DNA of 64,000 bases. Origin: an uncultured Acidimicrobiales bacterium (GTDB lineage Bacteria > Actinomycetota > Acidimicrobiia > Acidimicrobiales > DATKAS01). The DNA is taken from contig CAWDJB010000003.1 in assembly GCA_963802505.1 (NCBI GenBank), positions 188,073 to 252,072 on the forward strand, in the 5' to 3' direction. The position numbers and the translations under genes are program-made. The notes under the pieces were generated by a model that ran no database searches, was not told the DNA's origin, and saw only the letters and a list, made by a program, of their open reading frames with translations. Positions 45,819 to 56,141 of this stretch are shown here, one piece after another. How positions within the stretch are numbered: position 1 is the stretch's first letter; every line of letters begins with the position of its first letter.

Positions 45819-47021
45819 GTGGCAGAGATCGTGCTCGACGACGTCTGGAAGATCTATCCAGACGGCACTGTCGCGGTCGAGGGCTTGGACCTCGATGTCG
45901 ATGACAAGGAGTTCGTGGTCTTCGTCGGACCGTCGGGTTGCGGGAAGACGACCGCGCTCCGGATGATCGCCGGCCTCGAGTCGATCACCCAGGGAACCGT
46001 CCGGATCGGCGATCGCGTCGTCAACGATGTGCCACCCAAAGAGCGCGACATCGCAATGGTGTTCCAGAACTACGCGCTGTATCCGCACATGAGCGTGTTC
46101 GACAACATGGCGTTCGGGCTCAAGCTGCAGAAGGTCCCGAAGCAGGAGATCAACACACGGGTGCAGGAGGCGGCACGGATCCTCGGCCTCGACGAGCTGT
46201 TGAACCGCAAGCCGGCGGCGCTGTCCGGCGGCCAGCGGCAGCGGGTCGCGATGGGACGGGCAATCGTGCGCCACCCGCATGCGTTCCTCATGGACGAGCC
46301 GCTGTCCAACCTCGATGCGAAGCTCCGCGTGCAGACGAGGGCTGAGATCGCGCGCATCCAGAGCGAGCTGGGCGTCACCACCATCTACGTCACGCACGAC
46401 CAGACCGAGGCGATGACGATGGGCGACCGCGTCGCCGTCCTCCGCAAGGGCGAGCTGCAACAGGTCGACGGGCCGCAGGCGCTCTATGACCACCCGAAGA
46501 ACCTGTTCGTCGCCGGCTTCATCGGCTCGCCTGCGATGAACTTGTTCGAGGCGAACCTCGAGCTCGACGGCGAGGGGCTCGCAGTGTCGTTTGGTGGCTA
46601 CCGGCTTGCGTTGCCGCCAGAGATGCTCGCAGCCCGTCCGGCTCTGCGTGGCTATGAGGGTAGAAAGATCGCCCTCGGCATCCGTCCGGAGGAGATGGAG
46701 GACGCGTCGCTCGTGTCTGACGCGCCCGCCGAACGGCGCATCACCGCGGTCGTCGAGCTGATCGAAGCGCTCGGCTCCGACGTGCTGGTGCATTTCACGA
46801 TCCATGCCGATCCCACGCTCACGGACGACGTGAAAGAGATCGCGCTCGACATCGATCCCATCGCGGTCGAGTCCCCCGGCGGTCACACCAACGTCATCGC
46901 TCGGCTCAACCCGCGCACCCGGGCGCGTAAGGGCGAGCCCATCGAGCTCGTGGTCGACACGACCCGGCTGCACTTCTTCGACCTAGAGGACAGCGCAGCC
47001 ATTTACAGCAAGTCCAACTAG
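45819..47021 (+). CDS. Sugar ABC transporter ATP-binding protein (MsiK/MalK-like)
   Basis: [27 protein letters not shown] and [13 protein letters not shown]. Confidence 0.95.
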   Translation: MAEIVLDDVWKIYPDGTVAVEGLDLDVDDKEFVVFVGPSGCGKTTALRMIAGLESITQGTVRIGDRVVNDVPPKERDIAMVFQNYALYPHMSVFDNMAFGLKLQKVPKQEINTRVQEAARILGLDELLNRKPAALSGGQRQRVAMGRAIVRHPHAFLMDEPLSNLDAKLRVQTRAEIARIQSELGVTTIYVTHDQTEAMTMGDRVAVLRKGELQQVDGPQALYDHPKNLFVAGFIGSPAMNLFEANLELDGEGLAVSFGGYRLALPPEMLAARPALRGYEGRKIALGIRPEEMEDASLVSDAPAERRITAVVELIEALGSDVLVHFTIHADPTLTDDVKEIALDIDPIAVESPGGHTNVIARLNPRTRARKGEPIELVVDTTRLHFFDLEDSAAIYSKSN

Positions 47022-47038
47022 GCATCAAGGGAGACCAT

Positions 47039-48367
47039 ATGAAGTGGGGCAGAACAGTGGCGGTGTTGATGGCGGTGACCGTCGTCGCCGCAGCGTGCGG
47101 TGATGACAGCGGAAGCAGCAGTAGCAGCGGCAGCGCTCCTACGGGCGGGTCGAAGGAAAACACCGGCGAGGTGAACCTGCTGAGTGCGGCCGAGCCCGAG
47201 GAGGCGGCCGCCTACCAGAAGATCTTCGACGACCTCATCAACTCGCAGGTCGACTACAACGCCGCGGTTGAGTCGTCCGCCGACTTCGAAGAGCAGTTCC
47301 AGATCCGGGCCGAAGGCGGCACCCTCGACCTTGCTGCCGTACCGCAGCCGGGAGCGATCGGCGGTCTCGTCGACAAGGGCTCCCTCGTGGCGCTCGAAGA
47401 CCTCGGGTTCAACATCGACGACCTGAACAACCTGTTCGGCGAGTCGTTCGTCGCGCTCGGGGAGTACAAGGGCAAGCACTACGGCGTGCCGACCAACATC
47501 AACCTCAAGAGCATGGTGTGGTACCCGAAGGCTGCCTTTGATGAGGCGGGCTACAAGGTGCCTGAGACGTGGGACGACATGCTGGCCCTGAGCGACCAGA
47601 TCGTCGCCGACGGCAGCACGCCTTGGTGCGTCGGCTTCGAGAGCGGCGGTGCGACCGGTTGGCCGGCCACCGACTGGATGGAAGACATCATGCTCCGCAC
47701 TGCCGGTACCGAGACCTACGACAAGTGGGTGGCGCACGAGATCCCGTTCAACGACCCGGCCGTCGTGAAGGCCGGGCAACTGTTCGGCGACATCATGTTC
47801 AAGGACGGCTACGTGCTGGGCGGGGCCGACGCGACGCCCGACATCGCGTTCGGCGACGCACCGCTCCCGATGTTCGACAATCCCCCGAAGTGCTGGCTGC
47901 ATCGGCAGGCGAGCTTCATCAACTCGTTCTTCCCTGAAGGCACCGAGGCGGGCGTCGACTACGACTGGTTCCCGCTTCCCCCGATCGACAAGGAAGGCAC
48001 GCTCTTCGCGGGCGAGCTGACCGTCGTCGGTACGGCTGGTGACCGTCCCGAGGTCGTCGACTTCCTCAACCGGTTCATGGGTGAGGAAGTGCAGTGCGCG
48101 ATGGGCGGAGTCACCGCTTCTTCACGCATCTCGCCGAACGTCAACGTCGGGCCCGACTGCTATGCGAACAAGATCCTCGCGGACGCGTCGGTCGTGCTGA
48201 GCGAAGCGAACAAGGCCGGCACGGGGCGTTTCGACGGTTCCGACCTGATGCCCGCGGAGGTGGGGTCAGGCAGCTTCTGGACCGGCATGGTCGAGTACAT
48301 GAAGGGCGGCCCCGACAACCTCGAGTCGGTGCTGACGGCCATCGAAGACAGCTGGCCGACCTCGTAG
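47039..48367 (+). CDS. Sugar ABC transporter substrate-binding lipoprotein (AglE/GgtB-like)
   Basis: Lipobox VAAAC, Ser-rich linker, WCVGFESGGATGWPATDWMEDIMLR and FDGSDLMP. Confidence 0.9.
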   Translation: MKWGRTVAVLMAVTVVAAACGDDSGSSSSSGSAPTGGSKENTGEVNLLSAAEPEEAAAYQKIFDDLINSQVDYNAAVESSADFEEQFQIRAEGGTLDLAAVPQPGAIGGLVDKGSLVALEDLGFNIDDLNNLFGESFVALGEYKGKHYGVPTNINLKSMVWYPKAAFDEAGYKVPETWDDMLALSDQIVADGSTPWCVGFESGGATGWPATDWMEDIMLRTAGTETYDKWVAHEIPFNDPAVVKAGQLFGDIMFKDGYVLGGADATPDIAFGDAPLPMFDNPPKCWLHRQASFINSFFPEGTEAGVDYDWFPLPPIDKEGTLFAGELTVVGTAGDRPEVVDFLNRFMGEEVQCAMGGVTASSRISPNVNVGPDCYANKILADASVVLSEANKAGTGRFDGSDLMPAEVGSGSFWTGMVEYMKGGPDNLESVLTAIEDSWPTS

Positions 48368-48380
48368 TCGAAGGACAACG

Positions 48381-49523
48381 TTGGCCACTGAGGTAGCCGA
48401 ACAGCAGAGAGAGGAGCGGCCCGACGAGGGCCGCTCCCTCTCTCCTGGCGCGAGCGCGGCGCTGCGCGTCCTCGCGTTCGTCGGGGGACTGGCGGCGATC
48501 TACCTCGTTGGCCGGTTCGCTCTCACGTTCCTGCGCGACAAGGACTCGAACCGAATCCTCGTCGTGCTCGTCGCGATCGTCGTCGGTGTCGGCGGCGTGT
48601 TCGCGCTGTTCTGGGCGATGGACCGGGTCGTCAACTGGCTCCCCGACGGCTGGCGCGAGGGTGTGCGGCCCTATGTCTACGTGGGGCCTGCCGTCGTCAT
48701 CCTCGCGATCTTCCTCGTGTATCCCGTGTTCGACACGCTCCTCACGAGCTTCAAGGACCGCAACGGCCAGAGCTGGGTGGGGCTCGACAACTACCGGTTC
48801 GTGTTCACCGACCCGAGCATGTTGCGGTCGATCCGCAACACAGCGGGTTGGGTGATCGTCGTCCCCGTGGTCGCCGTGACGGTGGGCTTGCTGTTCGCTG
48901 CGCTCGCGGATCGCCTCACGCGCGGCGAGTCGCTCGCGAAGTCGCTGATCTTCCTCCCGATGGCGATCTCGTTCGTCGGCGCTGCAGTGACCTTCCGGCT
49001 CATCTACAGCTTCCGACCGGAGGGCTTCGGGTCGAACATCGGATTGCTCAACGGCATCAGGTCCGCGTTCGGCCAGGAACCGGTTGCGTGGTTGTCGGAG
49101 TCGCCGTGGAACAACCTGCTCCTCATGGTCATCATGATCTGGATCCAGGTCGGGTTCGCGATGGTGGTGCTGTCCGCGGCGATCAAGTCGATCCCAGAGG
49201 AGATCATCGAGGCCGCGCGCATCGACGGCGCGAACGAGTTCCAGGTGTTCTGGCGCATCGTCGTGCCGAGCATCGCTCCGACGATCGTCGTCGTGAGCAC
49301 CTACATGGTCATCAACTCGCTGAAGGTGTTCGACATCGTCTTCGTGATGGGCAACGCGGAGGCGAACAAGACCGAGGTCATCGCCGAGCGGATGATCCGT
49401 TGGTTCTTCATCTCGAACAATGACGGCCGCGGCGCGGCGATCGCGGTGGTTTTGTTCGCGGCCGTCGTGCCGGTGCTGGTGTGGAACGTCAGGCAGTTCC
49501 GCGAGCAGGAGAAGATCCGGTGA
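48381..49523 (+). CDS. Sugar ABC transporter permease (AglF-like)
   Basis: KSLIFLPMAISFVGA and EAA loop EAARIDGAN. Confidence 0.93.
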   Translation: MATEVAEQQREERPDEGRSLSPGASAALRVLAFVGGLAAIYLVGRFALTFLRDKDSNRILVVLVAIVVGVGGVFALFWAMDRVVNWLPDGWREGVRPYVYVGPAVVILAIFLVYPVFDTLLTSFKDRNGQSWVGLDNYRFVFTDPSMLRSIRNTAGWVIVVPVVAVTVGLLFAALADRLTRGESLAKSLIFLPMAISFVGAAVTFRLIYSFRPEGFGSNIGLLNGIRSAFGQEPVAWLSESPWNNLLLMVIMIWIQVGFAMVVLSAAIKSIPEEIIEAARIDGANEFQVFWRIVVPSIAPTIVVVSTYMVINSLKVFDIVFVMGNAEANKTEVIAERMIRWFFISNNDGRGAAIAVVLFAAVVPVLVWNVRQFREQEKIR

Positions 49524-50488
49524 GCCTCGCCGCGCCCCCTGCTCCCACTGAAGTGTCAGATGGCCTCGATTCGCCGAGGAAGCCCGCGAAGAAAGAGGCG
49601 CCGGTCGGCGTCAAGAAGGGCGGCTGGTTCGTCCGCATCACGATCATCGTCGTGGTCGTCATCTGGTTGATCCCGACCGTCGGTGTGCTGGTCACCTCGT
49701 TCCGTCCCGAGCGCCTCGTCGACACGACAGGATGGTGGACGGCGCTCGGCCATCCGTGGCGGGCCGGTGAGTGGACGCTCGAGAACTACCGGAGCGTGCT
49801 CGACGCCGGGGGCTTTTCGAACGCGTTGCTCAACAGCCTCGCGGTGACGATCCCGTCGACGGTGATGCCGATCACCATCGCCGCGTTCGCTGCGTACGCG
49901 TTCTCGTGGATGGAGTTCCGCGGCCGGTACGTGCTCTTCGTCGTGATCGTCGGTCTGCTCGTGGTGCCGTTGCAGACCGCGCTCATCCCGATCCTGCAGC
50001 TCTACACGCGCGGCTGGGTCGTCGGGGGCGTGCACATCATCCCGGACCTGAACCTCAACGGGACGTTCCTCGGGATCTGGCTGGCGCACACCGCGTTCGG
50101 CCTCCCTCTCGCCGTCTATCTGTTACGCAACTACATCGGGTCGCTGCCGTCGTCGATCGTCGAGTCCGCACGCATCGACGGGGCCGATCACTTCACGATC
50201 TTCTGGCGCCTGATCGTGCCCCTGTCGGTGCCCGCGCTCGCGGCGTTCGCGATCTTTCAGTTCCTGTGGGTCTGGAACGACCTGCTGGTCGCGTATGTCT
50301 TCCTCGGCGGCACGCCTGACACCCGGGTGGTGACGATCGCCTTGGCCGACCTCGTCGGTGCGCGCGGCGAGAATTGGCATCTGCTCACGTCGGCCGCGTT
50401 CCTGACGATGCTCTTGCCGTTGGCCGTGTTCTTCTCGCTGCAGCGCTACTTCGTACGCGGCCTCACCGCCGGATCGGTGAAGGGATGA
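49520..50488 (+). CDS. Sugar ABC transporter permease (AglG-like)
   Basis: GTGA overlap. ESARIDGA, AIFQFLWVWNDLLVA and RGLTAGSVKG. Confidence 0.93.
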   Translation: MSLAAPPAPTEVSDGLDSPRKPAKKEAPVGVKKGGWFVRITIIVVVVIWLIPTVGVLVTSFRPERLVDTTGWWTALGHPWRAGEWTLENYRSVLDAGGFSNALLNSLAVTIPSTVMPITIAAFAAYAFSWMEFRGRYVLFVVIVGLLVVPLQTALIPILQLYTRGWVVGGVHIIPDLNLNGTFLGIWLAHTAFGLPLAVYLLRNYIGSLPSSIVESARIDGADHFTIFWRLIVPLSVPALAAFAIFQFLWVWNDLLVAYVFLGGTPDTRVVTIALADLVGARGENWHLLTSAAFLTMLLPLAVFFSLQRYFVRGLTAGSVKG

Positions 50489-51051
50489 AGCGGTCTCGCG
50501 CTGCTGGTATGGCTCCGTTGTCGCCGCAACAGAAGTGGAAGGCGATCACGATCGCTACCCTCGTGCTGCTCCCGGCGTTCTGGGGAACGCTCATCGGGCT
50601 CGTGTCGGTCGCGTCCGACGACGGCGATGGCGTCGCGAACCCGGCGGCATTCATCGCGTTCGGGCTCGCGATCGTCCCGTTCGCCTTCCTTGCGCTGGCG
50701 TTCGTGTCGGGCCACCCGACGGCGCCCAGCGCGACGGTGAAGGCGATGTGCCTCTTCCTGCTGATCGGCATCCCTGTGTCGGCCATCGCCGCGGATGCCG
50801 TGACGGGGCTCGTCGCGGGAGCGGGAGCGGGCGGCATCGTCGCGTTGCGGGCGAGCGATGTGGCGACCTGGAAGAACAGGGCGGTCGGCGTGCTGTTCGC
50901 GTGCGTGTACACGTTCGTCTTGGCGCGCGCCGCCGGAGCGATCGTGTTGCTGAGCGTGCCCGCGTTCCCGTTCACGAGCATCGGTCTCGCCGACCACTTC
51001 GCGGAGCGGCGACAGGCTCGGGAGCTGGCCGAGGCCTCACCCGAAAGCTGA
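50485..51051 (+). CDS. Hypothetical integral membrane protein (about 5-6 TM)
   Basis: Hydrophobic ORF with ATGA overlap with the permease, ending 4 nt before the GH94 gene. Confidence 0.7.
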   Translation: MKRSRAAGMAPLSPQQKWKAITIATLVLLPAFWGTLIGLVSVASDDGDGVANPAAFIAFGLAIVPFAFLALAFVSGHPTAPSATVKAMCLFLLIGIPVSAIAADAVTGLVAGAGAGGIVALRASDVATWKNRAVGVLFACVYTFVLARAAGAIVLLSVPAFPFTSIGLADHFAERRQARELAEASPES

Positions 51052-51055
51052 CCGC

Positions 51056-53485
51056 GTGGCGAACGGGGCGTACGGGCACTTCGACGACGCGGCGCGCGAG
51101 TACGTCATCACACGGCCCGACACGCCCTTGCCGTGGATCAACTACCTCGGCACCGACGACTACTTCGGGCTCATCTCGAACACCGCGGGTGGCTACTCGT
51201 TCTACCGGGACGCTCGGCTGCGACGATTGACGCGGCATCGATACAACAACGCGCCGCGCGACGTGGGCGGCCGGTACGTCTACGTGCGCGACGACGAGTC
51301 GGGCGATGTGTGGGCGCCGTCGTGGCAGCCGGTGGGCGGGCCGGTCGAGGACTACCGGTGCCGGCACGGGCTCGGATACACGGTGATCGGGTCCGCGCGT
51401 GGCGGCATCGACGTCGAGACCTTGTACTTCGTGCCGCTCGGCGAGTGGCTCGAGGTGTGGCGAGTGCGGGTGACGAACCATCGCGAAGCTGCCGCGTCGC
51501 TGTCTCTGTTCAGTGCCGTCGAGTTCTGCCTGTGGGACGCCTGGGACGACCAGACGAACTTCCAGCGCAACCTGAACATCGGCGAGGTCGAGGTCGACGG
51601 AAACGTGATCTTCCACCTCACCGAGTACCGCGAGCGGCGCGATCACTTCGCTTACTTCGCGTGCTCGGAAGATCCGGTCGGGTTCGACACCTCGCGTGAC
51701 GCGTTTCTCGGCCCCTATCGGGGTTGGGACCGGCCGGCGGTGGTGGAGACAGGGCACGCGACGAACTCCGTCGCGCACGGATGGGCACCGATCGGCTCGC
51801 ACCAGGTCGCGCTGACGTTGGCGCCGGGCGAGACGCGTGAGGTGCGGTTCGTCCTCGGCTACTTCGAGAACCCGAGGCGCGAGAAGTACCACGATGGGCG
51901 GTTGAACCAGGCGCTCGTGCGCCCGGTCATCCGGCGGTACCTCGATGCAGCGGTCGTCGAGGGGGCGTTGGGCGATTTGCGTGCGCGGTGGGCAGAGCTG
52001 CTCGACGGGTTGCAGGTCTCGACGCCGAACGAGCACGTCGACCGCATGGTGAACACGTGGAACGCGTACCAGTGCATGGTCACGTTCAACCTCTCGCGGT
52101 CGGCGTCGTACTTCGAGTCGGGCATCGGGCGCGGCATGGGGTTTCGCGACTGCTGCCAAGACTTGCTCGGCTTCGTGCAGATGGTGCCGTCACGGGCGCG
52201 CGAGCGCATCCTCGATGTGGCCGCGACGCAGCTCGAGACGGGCGGCGCGTACCACCAGTACCAACCGCTCACGAAGCGCGGCAACGATGCGGTCGGCTCC
52301 GGATTCAACGACGACCCGCTCTGGCTCGTGCTCGCGGTGGCCGCGTACCTGAAGGAGACCGGCGACCGTTCTCTGCTCGATGAACTGGTGCCGTTCGATT
52401 CGCAGCCCGGGAGCGAGCGGCCACTGTGGGAGCACCTTCGCCGGTCGGTGCAGTACACGCTCGATCGGCTCGGCCCGCACGGGCTTCCGCTGATCGGTCG
52501 CGCCGACTGGAACGACTGCCTCAACCTCAACTGCTTCTCCGAGGAGCCGGGCGAGTCGTTCCAGACGACCGAGCACCGCGAGGGAGGCGTGGCCGAGTCG
52601 GTGTTCATCGCTGGTCTGTTCGTGTTGGCGGCACGTGAGCTCGCCGCGATCACTGGTGAGGATGCGTTGCTCGACGCGGCTGCGGCGATGAGCGATGCGG
52701 TGCTCGCCGATGGATGGGACGGTGAGTGGTTCCTGCGCGCGTACGACCACTTCGGTGGGTTGGTGGGGTCGGCGACGTGCGAAGACGGCCAGATCTTCAT
52801 CGAGCCGCAAGGGATGTGTGTCATGGCGGAGATCGGGGTCGACGACGGCCGTGCCGCTCGCGCCCTCGACTCGGTGGCCGCGCAGCTCGCCACCGAGCAC
52901 GGCATCGTGCTGGTACGTCCCGCGTATCAGCGGTATCACGTCGAGCTCGGCGAGATCAGCTCGTACCCGCCGGGGTACAAGGAGAACGGCAGCGTCTTCT
53001 GCCACACGAACCCGTGGGTGATCGTGGCCTCGACGATCGTCGGTGACGCTGAACGGGCGCTCGACTACCACCTGCGCATCAACCCGTCGGCGCGTGAGGC
53101 GATCAGCGACGTGCATCGGTCGGAGCCCTACGTGTACGCGCAGACGATCGCGGGGCGCGAGGCGCCGACCTTCGGCGAGGCGAAGAACTCATGGCTCACG
53201 GGCACGGCCGCGTGGTCGTACGTCGCGGTGACGCAGTGGATCCTCGGCATCCGCCCCGAGCATGACGGGTTGCGCATCGACCCCTGCCTGCCGGCGTCGT
53301 GGAACGGGTTCACCGCGCGGCGCCGGTTCCGGGGAGCGACCTACGAGATCACGGCGCGCCGATCTGAGACGTCGCAGAGCGGCCGGGTGACCCGGCTCGT
53401 CGTTGACGGCGTCGATGTCGAAGGCAACGTCGTGCCCGTCGCCGCGTCGGGCACGACCGTGGTCGTCGAGGCGGTCGCGCAGTAG
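51056..53485 (+). CDS. GH94 glycoside phosphorylase, cellobiose phosphorylase-like
   Basis: PWINYLG, RSASYFESGIGRGMGFRD, FNDDPLWL, ADWNDCLNLNCFS..PGESFQT, GYKENG and AKNSWLTGTA. Confidence 0.93.
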   Translation: MANGAYGHFDDAAREYVITRPDTPLPWINYLGTDDYFGLISNTAGGYSFYRDARLRRLTRHRYNNAPRDVGGRYVYVRDDESGDVWAPSWQPVGGPVEDYRCRHGLGYTVIGSARGGIDVETLYFVPLGEWLEVWRVRVTNHREAAASLSLFSAVEFCLWDAWDDQTNFQRNLNIGEVEVDGNVIFHLTEYRERRDHFAYFACSEDPVGFDTSRDAFLGPYRGWDRPAVVETGHATNSVAHGWAPIGSHQVALTLAPGETREVRFVLGYFENPRREKYHDGRLNQALVRPVIRRYLDAAVVEGALGDLRARWAELLDGLQVSTPNEHVDRMVNTWNAYQCMVTFNLSRSASYFESGIGRGMGFRDCCQDLLGFVQMVPSRARERILDVAATQLETGGAYHQYQPLTKRGNDAVGSGFNDDPLWLVLAVAAYLKETGDRSLLDELVPFDSQPGSERPLWEHLRRSVQYTLDRLGPHGLPLIGRADWNDCLNLNCFSEEPGESFQTTEHREGGVAESVFIAGLFVLAARELAAITGEDALLDAAAAMSDAVLADGWDGEWFLRAYDHFGGLVGSATCEDGQIFIEPQGMCVMAEIGVDDGRAARALDSVAAQLATEHGIVLVRPAYQRYHVELGEISSYPPGYKENGSVFCHTNPWVIVASTIVGDAERALDYHLRINPSAREAISDVHRSEPYVYAQTIAGREAPTFGEAKNSWLTGTAAWSYVAVTQWILGIRPEHDGLRIDPCLPASWNGFTARRRFRGATYEITARRSETSQSGRVTRLVVDGVDVEGNVVPVAASGTTVVVEAVAQ

Positions 53486-53494
53486 CGTCGGCCC

Positions 53495-54301
53495 ATGGCT
53501 GACGACGTCGTCCTCTCCGAATCCCGTGGGGCTGTGCGCCTCCTCACCTTCAACCGGCCCGAGCGCTTGAACGCCTGGACGGAGGCGCTGGGGCAGCGGT
53601 ACTTCACCCTGCTCAACGAAGCCGAGGCCGATCCCGACGTGCGGGTCATCGTCGTCTCCGGCGCGGGGAAGGGGTTCTGCGCCGGCGCCGACATGGACAT
53701 GCTGCAGGGCATCGGCGAGGCCGGCGGCGTCGGTGGCGCGAGCGCTCCCGTCAAGGACTATCCGGCGTACTACGCCACCACGCTGAACAAGCCTGTGATC
53801 GCGGCGGTCAACGGCGCGTGTGCCGGCATCGGGCTGGTGCACGCCATGATGTGCGACATCCGCTTCGCCGCGTCGGGCGCAAAGTTCACGACCGCGTTCG
53901 CGCGCCGTGGGCTCATCGCCGAGCACGGCGTGTCCTGGGTGCTGCCGCGCTTGATCGGTCCGGCCAAGGCGATGGACGTGCTGCTGTCGGGCCGAGTGTT
54001 CCTCGCCGAGGAGGCTGAGGATCTCGGCATGGTCAACAAGGTGCTCGCGCCCGAGGCGCTGGTCGACGAGACGGTCGCCTACGCGCAGGATCTCGCTGCC
54101 AATTCATCGCCATCGTCGATGGCCGTGATGAAGCGCCAGGTCTGGAAGGCGCTCACGCAGTCGATCTCCGAGGCGACGAGCGAAGCCGACGGCCTCATGC
54201 GCCAGTCGCTCCGCGAGGCCGACTTCAAGGAAGGCGTAGCGAGCTTCGTCGAGAAGCGCCCGCCCGCGTTCAACCCCGTGCAGGACTGGGCCAAGGGCTA
54301 G
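53495..54301 (+). CDS. Enoyl-CoA hydratase/isomerase family protein
   Basis: NRPERLNA, FCAGADM, AVNGACAGIG and RRGLIAEHG. Confidence 0.9.
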   Translation: MADDVVLSESRGAVRLLTFNRPERLNAWTEALGQRYFTLLNEAEADPDVRVIVVSGAGKGFCAGADMDMLQGIGEAGGVGGASAPVKDYPAYYATTLNKPVIAAVNGACAGIGLVHAMMCDIRFAASGAKFTTAFARRGLIAEHGVSWVLPRLIGPAKAMDVLLSGRVFLAEEAEDLGMVNKVLAPEALVDETVAYAQDLAANSSPSSMAVMKRQVWKALTQSISEATSEADGLMRQSLREADFKEGVASFVEKRPPAFNPVQDWAKG

Positions 54302-54423
54302 CCCCTCACCGACCCCACCCCAGCGAACCCCACCCCCCGGCGAACTCGCGCGAATAACCGGCCATCCGTGGCCGCCTTTTGTCACGAGAACCGGCGGTGG
54401 CGCGGCACCTAGCATGACAACCC

Positions 54424-54726
54424 GTGTCTGAGCGCATCTCGACTGAGCAGGTTGCCCATGTGGCGCGCCTGGCGCGGCTCGATCTGACGGCGGACGAGCT
54501 CGATCACTACACCGATCAGCTCGCTGCCATCCTCGACCACGCCGCCGACATCGAGGCGCTCGACCTCGATGGTGTCGAGCCGATGACTCATCCGGTGCCT
54601 CTCACCAACGTGCTGCGCGAAGACGTCGAAGTGCCCTGTCTCGACCGTGACGAGGTGCTCGCCGCGGCGCCCGCGGCCGAGAGCGGCCGGTTCAAGGTTC
54701 CGCCGATCCTCGGTGAGGCCCCGTGA
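54424..54726 (+). CDS. gatC: Asp/Glu-tRNA amidotransferase subunit C
   Basis: [10 protein letters not shown]...NVLRED...FKVPPIL. Confidence 0.95.
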   Translation: MSERISTEQVAHVARLARLDLTADELDHYTDQLAAILDHAADIEALDLDGVEPMTHPVPLTNVLREDVEVPCLDRDEVLAAAPAAESGRFKVPPILGEAP

Positions 54727-56141
54727 CCGCGATCGGCATCGCAGCTGAGGTCCGGGCCGGCAGGAAGAAGGCCCGGGAGGTCATCGAGGAGCACCTCGCT
54801 CGCATCGAGCAGCTCGACGGCGAGCTCAACGCGTTCAACCTCGTGACCGCCGACGAAGCCCGCAAGGCCGCGGACGACATCGACCGCCGTGTCGCGAACG
54901 GTGAAGATCCCGGACCGCTCGCCGGCGTGCCGCTCGCCCTCAAGGACAACATGTGCACGCGGGGAGTGCCGACGACGTGCTCGTCCCTCATCCTCGAAGG
55001 GTGGAAGCCGCCGTACACCGCGACCGCAGTCGAGCGACTGGTCGCCGCGGGCGGCGTCATGATCGGCAAGACGAACCTCGACGAGTTCGCGATGGGATCG
55101 TCGACCGAGAACTCCGCGTTCGGCCCCACCGCGAACCCACACAATGCGAGTCGAGTCGCAGGCGGTTCGTCGGGCGGCAGCGCCGCTGCGGTCGCCGCTG
55201 ACTTCGCACCGCTCGGGTTCGGCTCCGACACCGGCGGCTCGATCCGCCTGCCCGCGTCGTTCTGTGGCGTCGTCGGTGTCAAGCCGACCTACGGCCGCGT
55301 GTCGCGCTACGGGCTCGTCGCGTTCGCGTCCAGCCTCGACCAGATCGGTCCGTTCGGCGCCACAGTCGCCGATGCCGGCCTCGCGCTCGACATCATCAGC
55401 GGCCACGACCCGATGGACTCGACCTCGATCCCGCAGCCGGCCACGAACGTGAGCGCCACGCTGAACGACGGCGTCGACGGCCTGCGCATCGGCATCGTCG
55501 CCGAGCTACGCGACGGCATCTCGCCCGACGTGCTCGCTCGCCTCGACGCCGCGGCGGTCGTGTTCGAGAAGGCCGGCGCCACGATCGACGTCGTCTCGAT
55601 GCCGTCGTTCATCTACGGGCTCACCGCCTACTACCTCATCGCCCCCGCCGAGGCGTCGAGCAACCTCGCCCGCTACGACGGCGTCCGCTACGGCTTGCGC
55701 GTCGACGGCGCCGACGCAGCGGCGATGAACGCGGCGACCCGCACTGCCGGGTTCGGCGCGGAAGTGAAGCGGCGCATCATGCTGGGCACCTATGCGCTCT
55801 CCGCCGGCTACTACGACGCGTACTACGGCAAGGCGCAGAAGGTCCGCACGCTGATCGCCCGCGACTTCGCGTCCGCCTACGAGCGCTTCGACCTGTTGCT
55901 GTCACCTACCTCGCCGACCACAGCGTTCGAGATCGGGGCCAAGACGGCCGACCCGCTCACGATGTACCTGAGCGACGTGTGCACGATCCCCGCGAACCTC
56001 GCTGGCAACACCGCGATGAGCGTCCCGTTCGGCGTCGGCGACGACGGGCTGCCGGTCGGCATCCAGGTGATGGCGCCGGCGCTCGGCGAGGCGACGATGT
56101 TCCGCGCCGCCGCCGTCCTCGAAGCGGGGGTGAGCGCATGA
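54723..56141 (+). CDS. gatA: Asp/Glu-tRNA amidotransferase subunit A
   Basis: [31 protein letters not shown] and [11 protein letters not shown]. Confidence 0.97.
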   Translation: MTAIGIAAEVRAGRKKAREVIEEHLARIEQLDGELNAFNLVTADEARKAADDIDRRVANGEDPGPLAGVPLALKDNMCTRGVPTTCSSLILEGWKPPYTATAVERLVAAGGVMIGKTNLDEFAMGSSTENSAFGPTANPHNASRVAGGSSGGSAAAVAADFAPLGFGSDTGGSIRLPASFCGVVGVKPTYGRVSRYGLVAFASSLDQIGPFGATVADAGLALDIISGHDPMDSTSIPQPATNVSATLNDGVDGLRIGIVAELRDGISPDVLARLDAAAVVFEKAGATIDVVSMPSFIYGLTAYYLIAPAEASSNLARYDGVRYGLRVDGADAAAMNAATRTAGFGAEVKRRIMLGTYALSAGYYDAYYGKAQKVRTLIARDFASAYERFDLLLSPTSPTTAFEIGAKTADPLTMYLSDVCTIPANLAGNTAMSVPFGVGDDGLPVGIQVMAPALGEATMFRAAAVLEAGVSA

